This document shows, in pieces, positions 15,343 to 30,169 of a DNA stretch of 64,000 bases; within the stretch, counting starts at the first letter, position 1; each line of letters begins with the position of its first letter. Position numbers and translations under genes: made by a program. The stretch comes from Octopus vulgaris (Eukaryota). The stretch spans positions 18,538,001-18,602,000 of the forward strand of contig OX597836.1 of the NCBI GenBank assembly GCA_951406725.2, read 5' to 3'. The notes beneath the pieces were generated by a model that saw only the letters and a program-made list of their open reading frames with translations, did not search any database and was not told the origin of the DNA.

Positions 15343-15504
15343 TATGCGACGGATTTCTTTAAGTTTCTGTCTAACAAATCCATTCACAAGGCTTCGGTCG
15401 GCCCGAAGCTATAGTAGAAGAAACTTGCTCAAGGTGCCCCGGAGCGAGACTGAACCTAAAACCATGTGGTTGGAAAGCAAGTTTCTTACCTCACAGCCAC
15501 GCGC
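15343..15504 (-). mobile_element. SINE family B 5' half
   Basis: Reverse complement of the family B head and core. Confidence 0.8.
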
Positions 15505-16118
15505 TTAAGTATCCGGTTAACGTCGCTTCAGTTATATGCTTTAGTTATAGGACTGCGATTACCGCATTAATATGCTCCGTCGAGCAAATTGTCCTTGATA
15601 TTTGTGTTTCTTACAGTCTTCTAGTGGTCCCTTTTGCCGAACCACTAAGTTACTAGAATGTAAACAAACCAAAACAAGTTTTCACGCGGAGGAGTATGAA
15701 AAACACAAAGGTGTGTGTGTGTGAGCGAGAAACAGAAATAATGTGTTATATACGCCTATAGCTGTTTCACACATGAATTTTGGATGCATTCATAGTTAAA
15801 TTTTATCAATCAATCAATTGATTGCTTGAAAATATAGGGAACGATCTTCACGATAATATTTCGGTCAGAGCCAAAACAAATCATTATTTCTGTCGTTTTT
15901 TTTTTTATTGTTACTCTGTAAAAACGTATCTTAACAGGGTAATGCAACCATGAATTTACAAATTCAACCGGTGATGAACTTTGGCCTTCGACTCCGGATT
16001 ACCTGGAGAACAATACAGATCATAACACATTTTTATTAGTCCGGTGTATTTTTATCTGCTCAGAGCTTAAAGTCGTATTTCACCTAGATTAATATCCTTA
16101 TTAACAATGTCTTTGTTT

Positions 16119-16237
<119 letters not shown>

Positions 16238-16297
16238 AATATAGATAGATATATATACATATATATATATATATACATGCATATATATATATATATA

Positions 16298-16343
<46 letters not shown>

Positions 16344-18666
16344 AAAGGAGAATGGGGAGTTTAAACTGACATATGTCAATTTATTAACATAATGTTGTAT
16401 TTGTATACATTAATAAAATGCAAAGGATTATCCCAAAACGATTACCAGTTTGTTCTCAGTGTTAAGTATTCAAAATATGCTATTCAACAGTTAACATATA
16501 AATCCAATTACGTTCTTATACGATAAGAAATTAGACGAATTTTCCTTCGGGTAATTCTGAATATATTTCCTTAACACTATAGGTTTCCTGGAGTATTTGA
16601 CAATATTAACAATAAGGATTACTCCGAAATAGCAATAGCATTACCTTTAATTCTATGATTGTATACCGTCTTCAATTGCCCCGATTAGTAATCGTTTCAG
16701 TAGAACCCTGCAATAAAACTGTGCAGTCTATTCAGGGTCTTAATTTGATATCCTTCGAAATGGCTGTTTAATGATTTTCCTTTATAAACTCTGCGTTGTA
16801 TAATGCAGAGTTATCCGTTAAATATGACGCGAACAATCTCTATTTCAAGTTCTTATTGGATAATCATTTTCAGTCCATCACTTCAAAACCTTGTATAGGT
16901 TAAATGATAGTTACACATTTACATTTGGCAATTGTAAATTTACTCATGTGCAACCATCTTAGTGCTTGCCCTTGTATAGAATTTATTACATTACCCTTGA
17001 ATGTGAAAATCCTGTAAAAGTCTTCTAAACATAGGCCACATCTATTGGTTCCAGGTCTGTATGGTTTCGAAGTACAAGTTAACTGCCATTTAATCGTATA
17101 GGCCTTGTTACTGTCCTTGAAAGACCAGCTTAATTTGCTAAGACTCGTTTGGAACCTTTTATTTTTCTCCTTAAATGAAATTAAATGAATTGTCAGTCTT
17201 CTCTTGAAAATAAATGATGTCCGACCGATGTAAAGGAATTCCTTACCCTCAGATGTAACTTTACATCAATATATTACATTTTACGTTTTACACTTATTTT
17301 TCACATAACAGGATTCCCCTTTAGAACAATTGCAAAGATAGCCTTTTATATTTCCATCAGATTTAGTTTCAATTTGATCATTGATTGTAGAATTAAATTG
17401 ATCTACACCAAGTTCTCTATCATGATCTACTCTTTTTGATTACGTTTGTCTTTGTTCTATTTCAAGCTGAACTTTTATTCGAGTTGACGTAAATATTTAT
17501 GTTAAATTGAGTCGTTTCCCTTCTCACGACATCTAGCGTTTCCTTCTACTTGAGTTTCTTTATTCTTTTTTACTTCGAATTTATTACACTATTCTAACTG
17601 TAATCGCTTTTTTTGAAATTTCAATATTATTTTGATATTATGTGTTGCAACAATTTGTGCAATATTATGACTAAGACAATAACCCAGACTAATTTTCTGC
17701 CGATTAAAAACTCTGTAATATCTATGGTTCCTTGGGAAATATTTATTGCATTGCTATATTAAACAATTTGCAACAACTGTAATTGACCTGTTTACCAAAT
17801 GGAACAATTAACCCTAAAGTATTCAGCGAGTTAAGATCATAATTTTGATGTGTATACCCGTTTTTCGAAGAAGTAAGTATTCTCTGATTTCGATCCATTT
17901 TAGAATTCGTGTTTATTTCACTTTTATTTTTATCGTTGAATCTTTTAGCTGATTTCATATTAAAAGAATTTGAGATTCTATTAGAGAATACTACATTCTC
18001 ATTTCTATTAGCAGTACGAGAATTTTAAAACCTGTTATCAACAATTTTACGATTTTTTTCTTTCGTTATAAACATAATTTTTTACCTTTTAATTTACACT
18101 ATTAAAATCTTGTTACTCTATCAACTTGAATATTTGATTTTAAATCTCCATCACTAACATTTGTTATAAGTAGATTTTTTTATAGTACTATATATCAGGT
18201 CTGCAATATTAATATTACTATATAAATATGTTTCGATATTTGACTTATTAAACATAATTTTATCATTATACCCCGCTTTCCTAAGTGCCTTCATTAAGTT
18301 TGAAAATATTCTCATTGGCTGACAATTTGCTTATTCTACATGAAAGGTTCTTTATAAGTAGGTTTGTTACTTATTTGGGTTGATTGCTTCAAATATTTAT
18401 ATATTTTATGTTTTCATTAGGTTTATGAAAGGGTATATAAATTATGTTTTTGATCTCCAACGTAACATCTAAGAAGTCAATAGATTCATGTTCATCTTCT
18501 ATCGTTATAAACAGACATATTCGTTTAATGAACCTAAAAAATTTCTTTCTAGATTTTTCCAACATTCTACTTGATGTGTTTACAATTGTAAAAAGCGCAT
18601 CGTCCCTATATAAACTTATTGCTATTTCAGGGAATTCCCTATTTAGAAAAATCAATATATAAATTC

Positions 18667-18796
18667 AGTTGCAGCGTGGAAGATGTACGAGCCATTTACG
18701 AACACACAACAAACCGTTAGATTCACTTCTACATTTAAATTTAATTTGTGTCAAAATATTTTCGTCGCTTTGAAACCGCGACCTGTTCACTGACAA
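18667..18796 (-). mobile_element. 130-bp insertion with 13-bp TSD inside the PLE2 RT, carrying a G3:C8 hammerhead-like motif
   Basis: TSD aatatataaattc at 18654-18666 and 18797-18809. Removing the insert and one TSD copy restores DLVGIYILIFL. Confidence 0.85.
18749..18795 (-). ncRNA. Minimal type I hammerhead-like ribozyme, G3:C8 variant
   Basis: UGUCA GUGAACA G GUCGC-gguuucaaa-GCGAC GAAA AUAU U U UGACA. Helix I is 5 bp, helix II is 5 bp, and helix III is the palindrome AAUAUU. Confidence 0.7.
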
Positions 18797-19050
18797 AATA
18801 TATAAATTCCTACCAAATCAGCAACTGGTGCCGAATCTGTAGAACCCATAATAATGTCAAACATTCGGTTTATCCTTCCTAATTCAATATTTATTCTCAA
18901 ATTTAGTGAGATTTTCTAGCCGCCAAAATAACATCTATTTTATCTCTAGTTATTCCTGGATTGTTTTTTGTTGGGTTTTTTTTGCAAACATCAGTAGTAC
19001 TGGGTTTAGAAAAGCATACTAATTTGAAATATCTATCTGGATAAATTTAA

Positions 19051-19370
19051 CAGTTAAGACAATCTTTTGTACTTCCGGCATGAATGGTAAGCCAGGGATG
19101 ATTCTTAAATAATTTTCAATTCCTGTTTTGATCATTCCAAGTGCTCCTACAATCACAGGTACTGTAACCGTCGTGACATGTCACATCTTTTCGATATCAA
19201 TTATTAAATCTTTATATTTTCTGAGCTTATCAAATTCTTTTGCCGAGATATTATGGTCATAGGGTATGCGCATGTCAATCAATAAACAGACTTTATTGTT
19301 TTGGTATTTCACAACAATATCTGGTTTATTTGCTCTGATGGTCCGGTATGTACATATTAGGAAGTCCCAG
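19051..19370 (-). mobile_element. R4/Dong-type non-LTR retrotransposon fragment (restriction-like endonuclease)
   Basis: WDFLICTYRTIRANKPDIVV...CLLIDMRIP...KEFDKLRKYKDL...VPVIVGALGMIK...EVQKIVLT. Abuts (TTA)n at 19372-19441. Confidence 0.85.
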
Positions 19371-19379
19371 TATTATTAC

Positions 19380-19443
<64 letters not shown>

Positions 19444-19679
19444 TTTATTAAGGTGGCGAGATTGGCAGCATCTTTGCCACATTGGAAAACATGCTTAGCA
19501 TAGCTAGGATGGGCATGATTAGAGCCCTTTGAACATAAGCCCCGATCATTTCTGACATGGGATTAAAATCTAAAATCAACAGCAGCAGCAAAACCTGCCT
19601 AGTGTATCACCAATATCGCCGAAAATTTCTTTTTCCTCTCCATAAGGCTGAGTGGTTAAAAACCTTTCTTTGAAGCCAC

Positions 19680-19767
19680 TTGGTTTTGGACCAGTGTCTT
19701 ATACTATAGGCCCGAGCCCCATGATACCTTGTGAATGAATTTGGTTGATGGAAACTGTGGAAGCTTG

Positions 19768-19809
<42 letters not shown>

Positions 19810-19888
19810 GCGTGTGTGTGAGTCTGTGTGTTTTTGTGTGCGTCCACCGCTAGTTGACAACCGGTGTTCGTTTCTTTATATCCCCTTA
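19680..19888 (+). mobile_element. Degenerate SINE family B fragment
   Basis: ccttgtgaatgaatttggttgatggaaactg, an internal (TA)n/(TG)n tract, and ttgacaaccggtgtt. Confidence 0.55.
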
Positions 19889-20065
19889 ATGTATCGGTGT
19901 TGGGGTTTTTTAATATCTCTGCAATGTATTCACTAGAACAAACATCGTGGTCGATTTATGTGACTAATATCCTCCATACGGTACTCTAGCATGGGCGTGG
20001 TGCAAATGCAGAAGCAAGTAATAAAAAAAATATCCTTGTTGTCATCGTCACCGTTGTTGTCGTCG

Positions 20066-20190
20066 TGATCATACTGATCAGCATCATCAGCATCATCAGC
20101 ATCATCAGCATCCTCATCATCATCATCATCATCATCACCATCACCATCATCATCATCATCATCATCATCATAATCGCCATCATCACCACC

Positions 20191-20222
<32 letters not shown>

Positions 20223-20277
20223 CATCATCATCATAATCGCCATCATCATCATCATCAACATCATCATCATCATCACC

Positions 20278-20308
<31 letters not shown>

Positions 20309-20408
20309 TATTCACCATCATAGCCATCATCGTCACCATCATCACCAGGATCATTAACATTCATCATTACTATCATCATCAACATTCATCACCAGCATCG
20401 TCATCATA
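20066..20408. repeat. Degenerate (CAT)n tract
   Basis: Directly visible. Confidence 0.95.
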
Positions 20409-20918
20409 ATACAGCATCGTTGTTCCCCCCCCCAACCACCCACCATTTATCTGCGCCAGCGCATCCAATGCAACAGCTATCTCCCCTGCCCTCAGCAATA
20501 TCTCCACCACTAGCATCACCTCTAGCAACAACAACAACAGCAGCAGCAGCAATGGCAACTGTTTTACTAATCTAGTCGTTTCTATGACAACAGCGCATCA
20601 GCAGATTTCACGGTGATAATAAAGTATAATGGGCGCCATCTTGTATTAGCATTATTGAAGCTCTGTAACAGGTATAAATACATAAGCACATATACACAAA
20701 TTGCATACATACATCCATACACACGCATATATATATATATGTATATATATATATGTACATATATATATATATATACATGAATGTACATACATGTACACAC
20801 ATGCATTCACACAAACATACACGCACTCACACACATACATGCATACATACATATATATATGCACATATATATATAAATGTCTGTATGTATGTATATATAT
20901 GTATATATATATATATAT

Positions 20919-20988
<70 letters not shown>

Positions 20989-21325
20989 GTATGCATGTAT
21001 ATATATATACACCCCTTGCCTTGCTACCTTTTCAGTATTTGTTTAAAACACGAAACCGGACTTGGACACAAAATTAACAACAACAACAAAAACAGCAGCA
21101 ACAACAACAACAACAACAACAAAAACAGCAGCAACAACAACAACAACAAATTACTTAGCTGACCTTTGACATTAAAATTACAATAAATGTGAAAAAAAAC
21201 AGATATAAAGCACAATACTAAAACTAAAATCCATTGTACGCGTGGCTTTCATTATAGAAAATTAACAAACGTTATCTTATTAGGAAAGATAATAGTGGAG
21301 AGGAGATAGTAAGAGGGAGAGACGA

Positions 21326-21830
<505 letters not shown>

Positions 21831-22099
21831 TGTTTGGGGTTTGTTATAATAAATAATATATCGCATGTATACATGTTCATATCATCCAAATATAATTGGT
21901 ATTCTAGAGTAAGAGATGGAAATAAAACTTATAAAACGAATGGTATTCGTCAGGGATGTCATGTGAATATTGCATGTTATCAATGGATATTGATCTGCTG
22001 TTTGGAGAGACCTATCTTGTTTTGCAATTGTTTTTCCGCTGGAATACATGTTAATATCCCTGTAATACGATATATGTACATACGTGTATATATATATAG

Positions 22100-22183
22100 A
22101 GAGAGAGAGGGAGAGGAAGGGAGAGAGGGAGAGAAAGTTAGATAGATAGACCGCTATATAGATAGGTGTTGATTGATGGATAG

Positions 22184-22214
<31 letters not shown>

Positions 22215-22396
22215 CACACACACATATACATACACACATAAGCACATAGACACACACATATATGTATGTCAGTACCTGTATATATATATATATATATATA
22301 CAGTCAGAGAGAGAGAGGGGAGGAAGGGAAAGAGAGAGAAAGCTAGATAGATAGACGGCTAAATAGATAGGTGTTGATTGATGGATAGATATACAT
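22100..22396 (+). repeat. Local direct duplication (about 210-bp period)
   Basis: agataggtgttgattgatggatagatataca occurs twice with similar flanks. Confidence 0.75.
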
Positions 22397-22405
22397 AAAC
22401 ACACA

Positions 22406-22452
<47 letters not shown>

Positions 22453-23137
22453 CATTCCTGTTCCACTTTTGGAATTTATATATATATAATACACACATCC
22501 ACATATACATACACACATATGCACATAGACACATACACATACATATACATATATATGTATGTCTATGTACATGCATATATAAGAATTTCTGTTGATTTGC
22601 CAAAATCGATAAATTGCATAACTTTGTAAATATAGAATACTCTAAACTCTAAACTCCCTGAGAATAATGTACCCATTCTTTCAGTTGGTACTCCAATCTG
22701 TTATTCCAATCCTGTCCTTTTTCCTGATTTATGGCATGCTTGAATTTTTTTTTTTTTTTTTGAAATATTGAATGAAACCGGTCGAGAAAACACTTATCTA
22801 CCCCAACACTTTCTTTTAATGTAATCTGATCGACATGCTTTGTGTGAATAACAATTTTACTTCGATGAAAGAACGTTGATTTCGGAGTATTCTGAAAGAA
22901 ATTATTTCTTTTATTAAAACGAAAACATTTACCTAACCCTCAGAACGCAGAAAGCGATATATCCGTTCAACATTTTAATACCTTTCACTGTGAAAAGCGG
23001 TTTTACCCCAAAGGCCTTGAAAAGACAAAAAACGTCTACTAATGCTGCGAAAAGCGGAGACACCGAGGTTGACAACTTTTAGGGAAGATCATTTTTCAGA
23101 ATTTCTTTTATATATATTAAGTCATTAAAAATTGTAC

Positions 23138-23206
23138 TTTTGCTTGTCACTGTTTTAAACTAGTCTATAAATGGAAACTGACCCAATAAAACAGTGACAA
23201 GCAAAA
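23138..23206. repeat. Perfect 20-bp inverted repeat with 29-nt spacer
   Basis: ttttgcttgtcactgtttta ... taaaacagtgacaagcaaaa. Confidence 0.85.
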
Positions 23207-23535
23207 AATGTAAAAAGTAGTTCTTTCTGATACCGTAGCAGCTTCTAAGCTGAAGTGAAGACAGTATGTTCTTTGTCTATCTCCTTACCTTCTTGGAGAT
23301 TTTAGCTAAAACTATGTAAAATTATACTAATGTGTCCATCTGTTTTAATTTAATTAAATTCTATGTCTTTATGCAGCTGAGGATTGCTCTGCATTACAAT
23401 TGATGTAATGATTGCATTGTTCAATTAAATGGAGTTGCTTGAAATGATCGTACTGCATTACCTCTGGATATCCTTGTTGATTATGTTGATTATATACATA
23501 TATATGTGGGGGGGTATATACATATAAATATACAT

Positions 23536-23613
<78 letters not shown>

Positions 23614-23655
23614 GAAAGAATGGAGTCGAACGACGATTTAACAAAATTCCTTTAT

Positions 23656-23736
23656 TCTCGACATATGTTTCGAAGACTGCATATTCTTAATTCCGAAGGA
23701 ATAAAGGGTGCATTATGCCGCCTTCTCATCAGGAAA
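23656..23736 (-). ncRNA. Type I hammerhead ribozyme with canonical core and extended helix II (within repeat 23611-23753)
   Basis: UUUC CUGAUGA GAAGGC...[cUUCGg hairpin]...GUCUUC GAAA CAUAUG UC GAGA. GUC triplet and palindromic ACAUAUGU. Confidence 0.85.
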
Positions 23737-23785
23737 GACAAGGAACTTATGTCAGCATCATGACGAACAAATATATATATATTAA

Positions 23786-23905
23786 CGTCTACCAAATCCA
23801 CTCACAAAGCTGTATTAGCAGACAAATGTCTAAGGTATCATGTAGTGGGACTGAACTGGATACCACTTGGTGAGAAAGTAGATTTCTTACCACGCAGCCA
23901 TGCCC
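23786..23905 (-). mobile_element. Degenerate SINE family B head
   Basis: cgtctaccaaatccactcacaa...agtgggactgaac...cttaccacgcagcca. Confidence 0.7.
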
Positions 23906-24168
23906 ACGTCTACTACACATTTACGTATTCAGCTCTTATTTATCGCTAATAGACACAAACACACAACTATACAGAGAAATAAATATAAAACAAGATAGAC
24001 AGTTATATTTATATCCTTCGCCAATCGTATTCTATTATATAGTTTGTTCTATATAAAATGCCGCTATTTAATCTATTCCGACACAGATCTCGGATAGATT
24101 CAACTCGATATAGATTCCGTTTACAGCACTTTAGACATTATATGTTGCAATACAAGCACATTTTTATT

Positions 24169-24207
24169 GTTGGACAACTTTCTGGGTCAACCGACTTCAT
24201 CAGCATA
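24169..24207 (-). ncRNA. Degenerate hammerhead-like motif
   Basis: uaug CUGAUGA A GUC-gguu-GAC cca GAAA GUUG UC caac. Helices I and III are poor. Confidence 0.35.
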
Positions 24208-24525
24208 CGACCGTGTCTATCTATCCGTCTCTCTCTCTCACTATCTATCTTTATCTATCTATCTATCTATCTATCTAGGATAGATAAATAGATAGACAGA
24301 TGGATAGTTAGATATATAAATATATATAGGTAGATACATGATATATAGATATGCATAAATAGATAAATATATTAATATATGCATATATACACATATATAT
24401 GTATATATGTATGTGCATGTATGTGTATATATATATAGATATAGATATATAGATATGCATAAATACATAAATATATAAATATATGCATATATACACATAT
24501 ATATATGTATATATGTATGTGCATG

Positions 24526-24570
<45 letters not shown>

Positions 24571-25108
24571 CGCGTACAAACACACAGACACACATATACA
24601 CACACATATATATATGTGTGTGGTCTGTGTCGTTTCAGTAGTAGCTCTTATCAAGTTTTATGCGAATTCTATGGCGATGCTCCGTTCCATATTCGACGGT
24701 GACAGTTATACTTTCCATTGTTCGGAGATATTAATGGTCCATAGGTCAGCAGTGTAGGACCTTTTTTTTCAGATTCTCACAATATTATGTGTCTGTATTT
24801 CTATTCGTGTCCGTCCGTCCGTCGCAATACTGTTTGTGTTGTCTGTGTGGTTTGTGTGTTTGTATGTATACGAACAAGTGCATACGTGTTGTTTTGTGCC
24901 CATGTGTCCGAGTACAGGGCATTTATATGCATTACACAAACTAGTACACACACACACATACACACACCTATATGCGCATATCTACATGCATATATATATT
25001 TGTAAATATATAAATATATATATGTATATGTATATATATGTACACACACTCACACATATATTTGTATATATGTGTGTGTGCGTATGTGTATATGAATGTG
25101 CATGCGTG

Positions 25109-25145
<37 letters not shown>

Positions 25146-25152
25146 ATGTGTT

Positions 25153-25183
<31 letters not shown>

Positions 25184-25269
25184 TTTCGACGACTTAAAGT
25201 GTTCAATTGCAAGGCTACTACTCAAGGTTCATTAAACGGAACAAAAGACACCAATAATAATTATATTAT

Positions 25270-25340
<71 letters not shown>

Positions 25341-25485
25341 AAAAGAAGGACATTTTAAATAAGTACAAGATGCTGAATATTGATCCCTCACACATATGCT
25401 AATGGATAGTTTCGTAAAATTTGTTTATGTATACACACAAATAAATACGTACAAATATTTACGCACGCACGGAGCCATCTATATA

Positions 25486-25522
<37 letters not shown>

Positions 25523-25564
25523 TGACACACAGGCATATACACACGCACATACATATATATGTAG

Positions 25565-25622
<58 letters not shown>

Positions 25623-26126
25623 GTATATATATATTTATATATATACACATACTTACACACGTTCACACATACACACACAACTATGTCGATGTATTTACAA
25701 AATATTACGATTGCCAGAAACAATCTCCATTGATATTGGCACGAAATGGGTGATTTGTCGATGGCCATTTTGATTCCTTTGATGCGAATATCTGTAAATA
25801 TCAACCGGAGATATTAATACATTCTGTCACCTCACGTAGACACTCAGCGACCCCTGGAAGGGCAAGTGAATCGTATTTTTAGAAACGATTTTCCAAAAAT
25901 ATTTATTTCCCATAGAGATGCATTTGCTATCAGTTGCTATAGTTCTCATTCTTGTTGTTTTCGTTATTATTATTTAGTCCCAAGTTAGTCAAGTCCGAGC
26001 AGACCTATGATCAAAAGGCCCCTTCTCCTTTATAACATATTTATTAAGGAACTTTTCACCTTTGGTGTCTTAATGTTGCCATTCAGTTTTTTGTTAGGAG
26101 TATACACAATTATATTAGCTGTTATA

Positions 26127-26513
26127 GTGGAGGCGCAATGGCCCAGTAGTTAGGGCAGCGGACTCGCGATCATAGGATCGCCGTTTCGATTCCCAGATCG
26201 GGCGTTGTGAGTGTTTATTGAGCGAAAACACCTAAAGCTCCACGAGGCTCCGGCAGGGGATGGTGGTGATCCCTGCTGTACTCTTTCACCACAACTTTCT
26301 CTCACTCTTACTTCCTGTTTCTGTTGTACCTGTATTTCAAAGGGCCGGCCTTGTCGCTCTCTGTGTCACGCTGAATATCCCCGAGAACTACGTTAAAGGT
26401 GCACGTGTCTGTGGAGTGCTCAGCCACTCACACGTTAATTTCACGAGCAGGCTGTTCCGTTGATTCGGATCAACCGGAACCCTCGTCGTCGTAACCGACG
26501 GAGTGCTTCCCCC
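26127..26513 (+). mobile_element. Full-length tRNA-derived SINE family A (octopus OK/OR-type)
   Basis: A/B-box head and near-identity to 42001 and 53194. TSD attagctgttata / attatctgttata. Confidence 0.92.
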
Positions 26514-26744
26514 ATTATCTGTTATATACTGTCTAAATATAAGAGAGCAGGAGGTGTGAAATAGTGATATTTTTACCGTTATATCTTGTTAGTCAACTGG
26601 TTTTGGGTAGTGTTGTTGGTTTGGTTTTGTATATGTAAGTCAGGATCTGTGTTTTGATATGACTCTAAACTGCACCCAGCTATGAGGCTGGGACCTCCGG
26701 GAATTCCGGTACCTCCAAGGTTTTCGAACCTCCATCGTCATCTG

Positions 26745-27325
26745 CTCTCTTCTTCTTCTCGCTTTTCTCTCTTTCTTCTACTCTTTTCTACTTCTTCTCT
26801 CTTCTTCTATTCTTTTTCTTCTTCTTTTTGTTCTTTTTCTTTTTCTTTTTCTTCTTCTTCTTCTTCTTCTTCTTCTTCTTGTTCTTCTTCTTCTTCTTCT
26901 TCTTCTTCTTTTGCTCCTTCTTTGTTTCTATCTTCTACTTCTTTTTATTCTTTTTATTCTTCTCTCTTCTTTTCTATCTCCTTTCTCTTTTTCGTCTTCT
27001 TTTTCTTCTCCTTCTTTTTCATCTTCTTCTTTTTCTTCTTTTTCTTCTCTCGTCTTCTTTTTCTTCTTCTTCTCTCTTCTTGTTTCTACTTCTTTTTCAA
27101 TCTTCTATTTCTCTTTTCTTTTTTTCTTCTTTTTCTACCTTCTACTTCTCTCTTCTTCTTTTTCTTCTTCTCTCTTCTTATTTCTTCTTCTTCTACTTCT
27201 TCTCTCTTCTTCCTTTTCCATCTCCTACTTCTTCTCTCTTCTTCTTCTTCTTCTTCTTCTTCTCTCTTCTCTCTCTTTCTTCTTTTTCTCTTCTGTCTTC
27301 TGTCTTCTCTCTTCTTCTTCTCTAT
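26745..27325. repeat. About 580-bp polypyrimidine, degenerate (TTC)n tract
   Basis: Almost exclusively T/C on the plus strand. Confidence 0.95.
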
Positions 27326-27842
27326 CATTTTGTATATGTTTCGGTTTATATATTATTTTTTTGTCTTCTAGACAAATTCCAAATAATATCCATCCTAGAA
27401 CTCTGAAACTCAAAAACTTCCTGGCCACTTTCATTTTTCACCTTTATACAAGATATTCATCACCGAGCGAAGAACCTCTCTCTACTTGATAGATGAATAG
27501 ACCTGTTAGAAATAGCACCAAAATTACCTTCAAATCACAGCTGTTTATTGGCTTTAGAAATGCACACAACATATTTGCTAATTCATCTTCAATACACTGT
27601 ATGTAAAGAAAAGAGTCGACTCTAAGCGGATCGATATTAATTCTAAATATGCTGGATTTAGACGGTGATTTCTACGTGGTACTCTGATCCGTTAGAAATA
27701 ACAACCAAATCTCATAAGCAGAGTTTTAATTCATTAGACCTAAATTGGTATTCTCTTCCTCTTTGGCTTGTAGATCTTTTGCTCTACCGATATTCAATTA
27801 GGCGATATATCTACTGCATATTGATGAAGCGTTAATACATAC

Positions 27843-27874
<32 letters not shown>

Positions 27875-27875
27875 G

Positions 27876-27987
<112 letters not shown>

Positions 27988-28031
27988 ATGTATATATATA
28001 TATGTAAACATATACATATACATATATACAT

Positions 28032-28071
<40 letters not shown>

Positions 28072-28432
28072 GTGCTTCAAAGATTGCATGACAATAAATT
28101 TGTGGCCTTTATGTTGCTAGGTCCGTACGTCTACGCATGCGTGTCCTCTGAGAAAGAAAAGTAAAAAGAGAGAGAGAGTGAGAGAGAAACATATTCACGT
28201 ATATTGCCAACAGAGAGAGAAAGAAAGGAAGAAAGAGCGAGAGAGAGAGAGAGAGAACGAGAGAGAGAATGAAGGAGAAATAGATAGGGAGATATTGAGA
28301 GTGAGAAATACGATAGATCATTACAGTTGCGAAAGATCATAATCTTCGGTTCACAAATCAACAACGATCAGATGTGCCAATGCAGAGAATACATACATTC
28401 ATAGAGTGAGGCATATATGTATATATTATGCA

Positions 28433-28498
<66 letters not shown>

Positions 28499-28625
28499 AT
28501 ATATAAATGTACACGTACATATATATATATGTATACATATATATATATATATATATATACATACATATCTGTATACATACACACACACACACACATATAT
28601 ATATATGTATATATATATGTGTATA

Positions 28626-28734
<109 letters not shown>

Positions 28735-29184
28735 ATATACATATCACAAAGATTTAGCGAGATGATTGTATCAAAGATGGCTACAATGAATAATCTCCAT
28801 TTAAATATATAGTACATCTCTGGAACGACTGCATGGAGTCACAGCATATACAAACATAATGAGATTAGGTTGTATATAAGTGTATTGTAAGGTTTCAGCA
28901 ATAAAAATGCCATTGGCGTGGGAGCAAATAGACATCTATTTCAAGTTGGTTAGGGTCAAATTGCTTTAGAAAGTGGACAGTGATCTAATTCTGGGAAAGA
29001 ATGAAGGAGGAGAATCTAGAAAACGGCGCTAATGGCAGCTTGGAGAGTTTGAGTGTAAATTGCTTTGAATGGAAGATTGATAGAGAGATTGGCAAATAGG
29101 TATGTATAGCTGTAGGTATAATTGTTGCAGTACAGACAGTCGGCCAGACAGACAGATGGAGGTAGATATATGGATAGATAGATG

Positions 29185-29303
<119 letters not shown>

Positions 29304-29425
29304 GAATGGATGGATGGATGGACAGATAGATAAATAGATAGATAGATAGATAGATAGATAGGTAGGTAGGTAGGTAGGTAGGTAGGTAGGTAGGTAGGTA
29401 GGTAGATAGATAGATAGATAGATAT

Positions 29426-29496
<71 letters not shown>

Positions 29497-29779
29497 TAGA
29501 TAGGTGAGACAGCAATTGGACAGATCCTAAGCGAGGAACGTAAGAAGTTTGTCTGAGAGACAGGCGGAGAACTAAACAACTTGAAAATTATGTAGATATA
29601 TATATAATAGAAGATATATAGATAGATACGTACGTAAAGCATGCGTGTGTGTGAATATGTGGGTGTATAGATACATAGAGATATAAATATATAAAATTAT
29701 ATATATATTGATATGCACGTGTGCATTTTTGTTATGCGTGTATATACATATTGATGTGTACATTATTATTATTATCATT

Positions 29780-29814
<35 letters not shown>

Positions 29815-29944
29815 ATATACATATCTTTGCATGTATGTATATACAAACATATATATATTTATATATATACTTGTATAAGAAGGCGTATATATCTATATAT
29901 GGTAACATGCGTACATACACTCGAGCACACACACACGCACACAA

Positions 29945-30039
<95 letters not shown>

Positions 30040-30104
30040 GAGAGCAGTAACAGAATTGAGAAGTTGAATTAATTATCGTAATAATAATAATAATAATAAT
30101 AAAT

Positions 30105-30169
<65 letters not shown>

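Larger units (their letters stand above)
16400..19050 (-). mobile_element. Decayed Penelope-like retroelement 2 (RT, Cys-rich linker, GIY-YIG and pLTR)
   Basis: VKFIQIDISN*Y, FDIIMGSTDSAPVADLVGIYIL, SLYRDDAL...IDFLDVTL...PFHKPN (ORF 18389-18655), CNCSKGESC...C...NVIY...LYIGRTS and PGTNRCGLCLE. A decayed HHR (CUGAAUA...GAAG) lies at about 16660-16740. Confidence 0.9.

Noticed and set aside
26127-26200. tRNA-like sequences at the heads of 26127, 35484(-), 42001, 51401 and 53194
   Set aside because: They have A/B boxes but no closed cloverleaf, and they continue into SINE bodies with TSDs.
26211-26396. Recurrent 61-aa ORF MFIERKHLKLHEAP... (three copies)
   Set aside because: It is an incidental frame inside SINE family A and starts at GTG.
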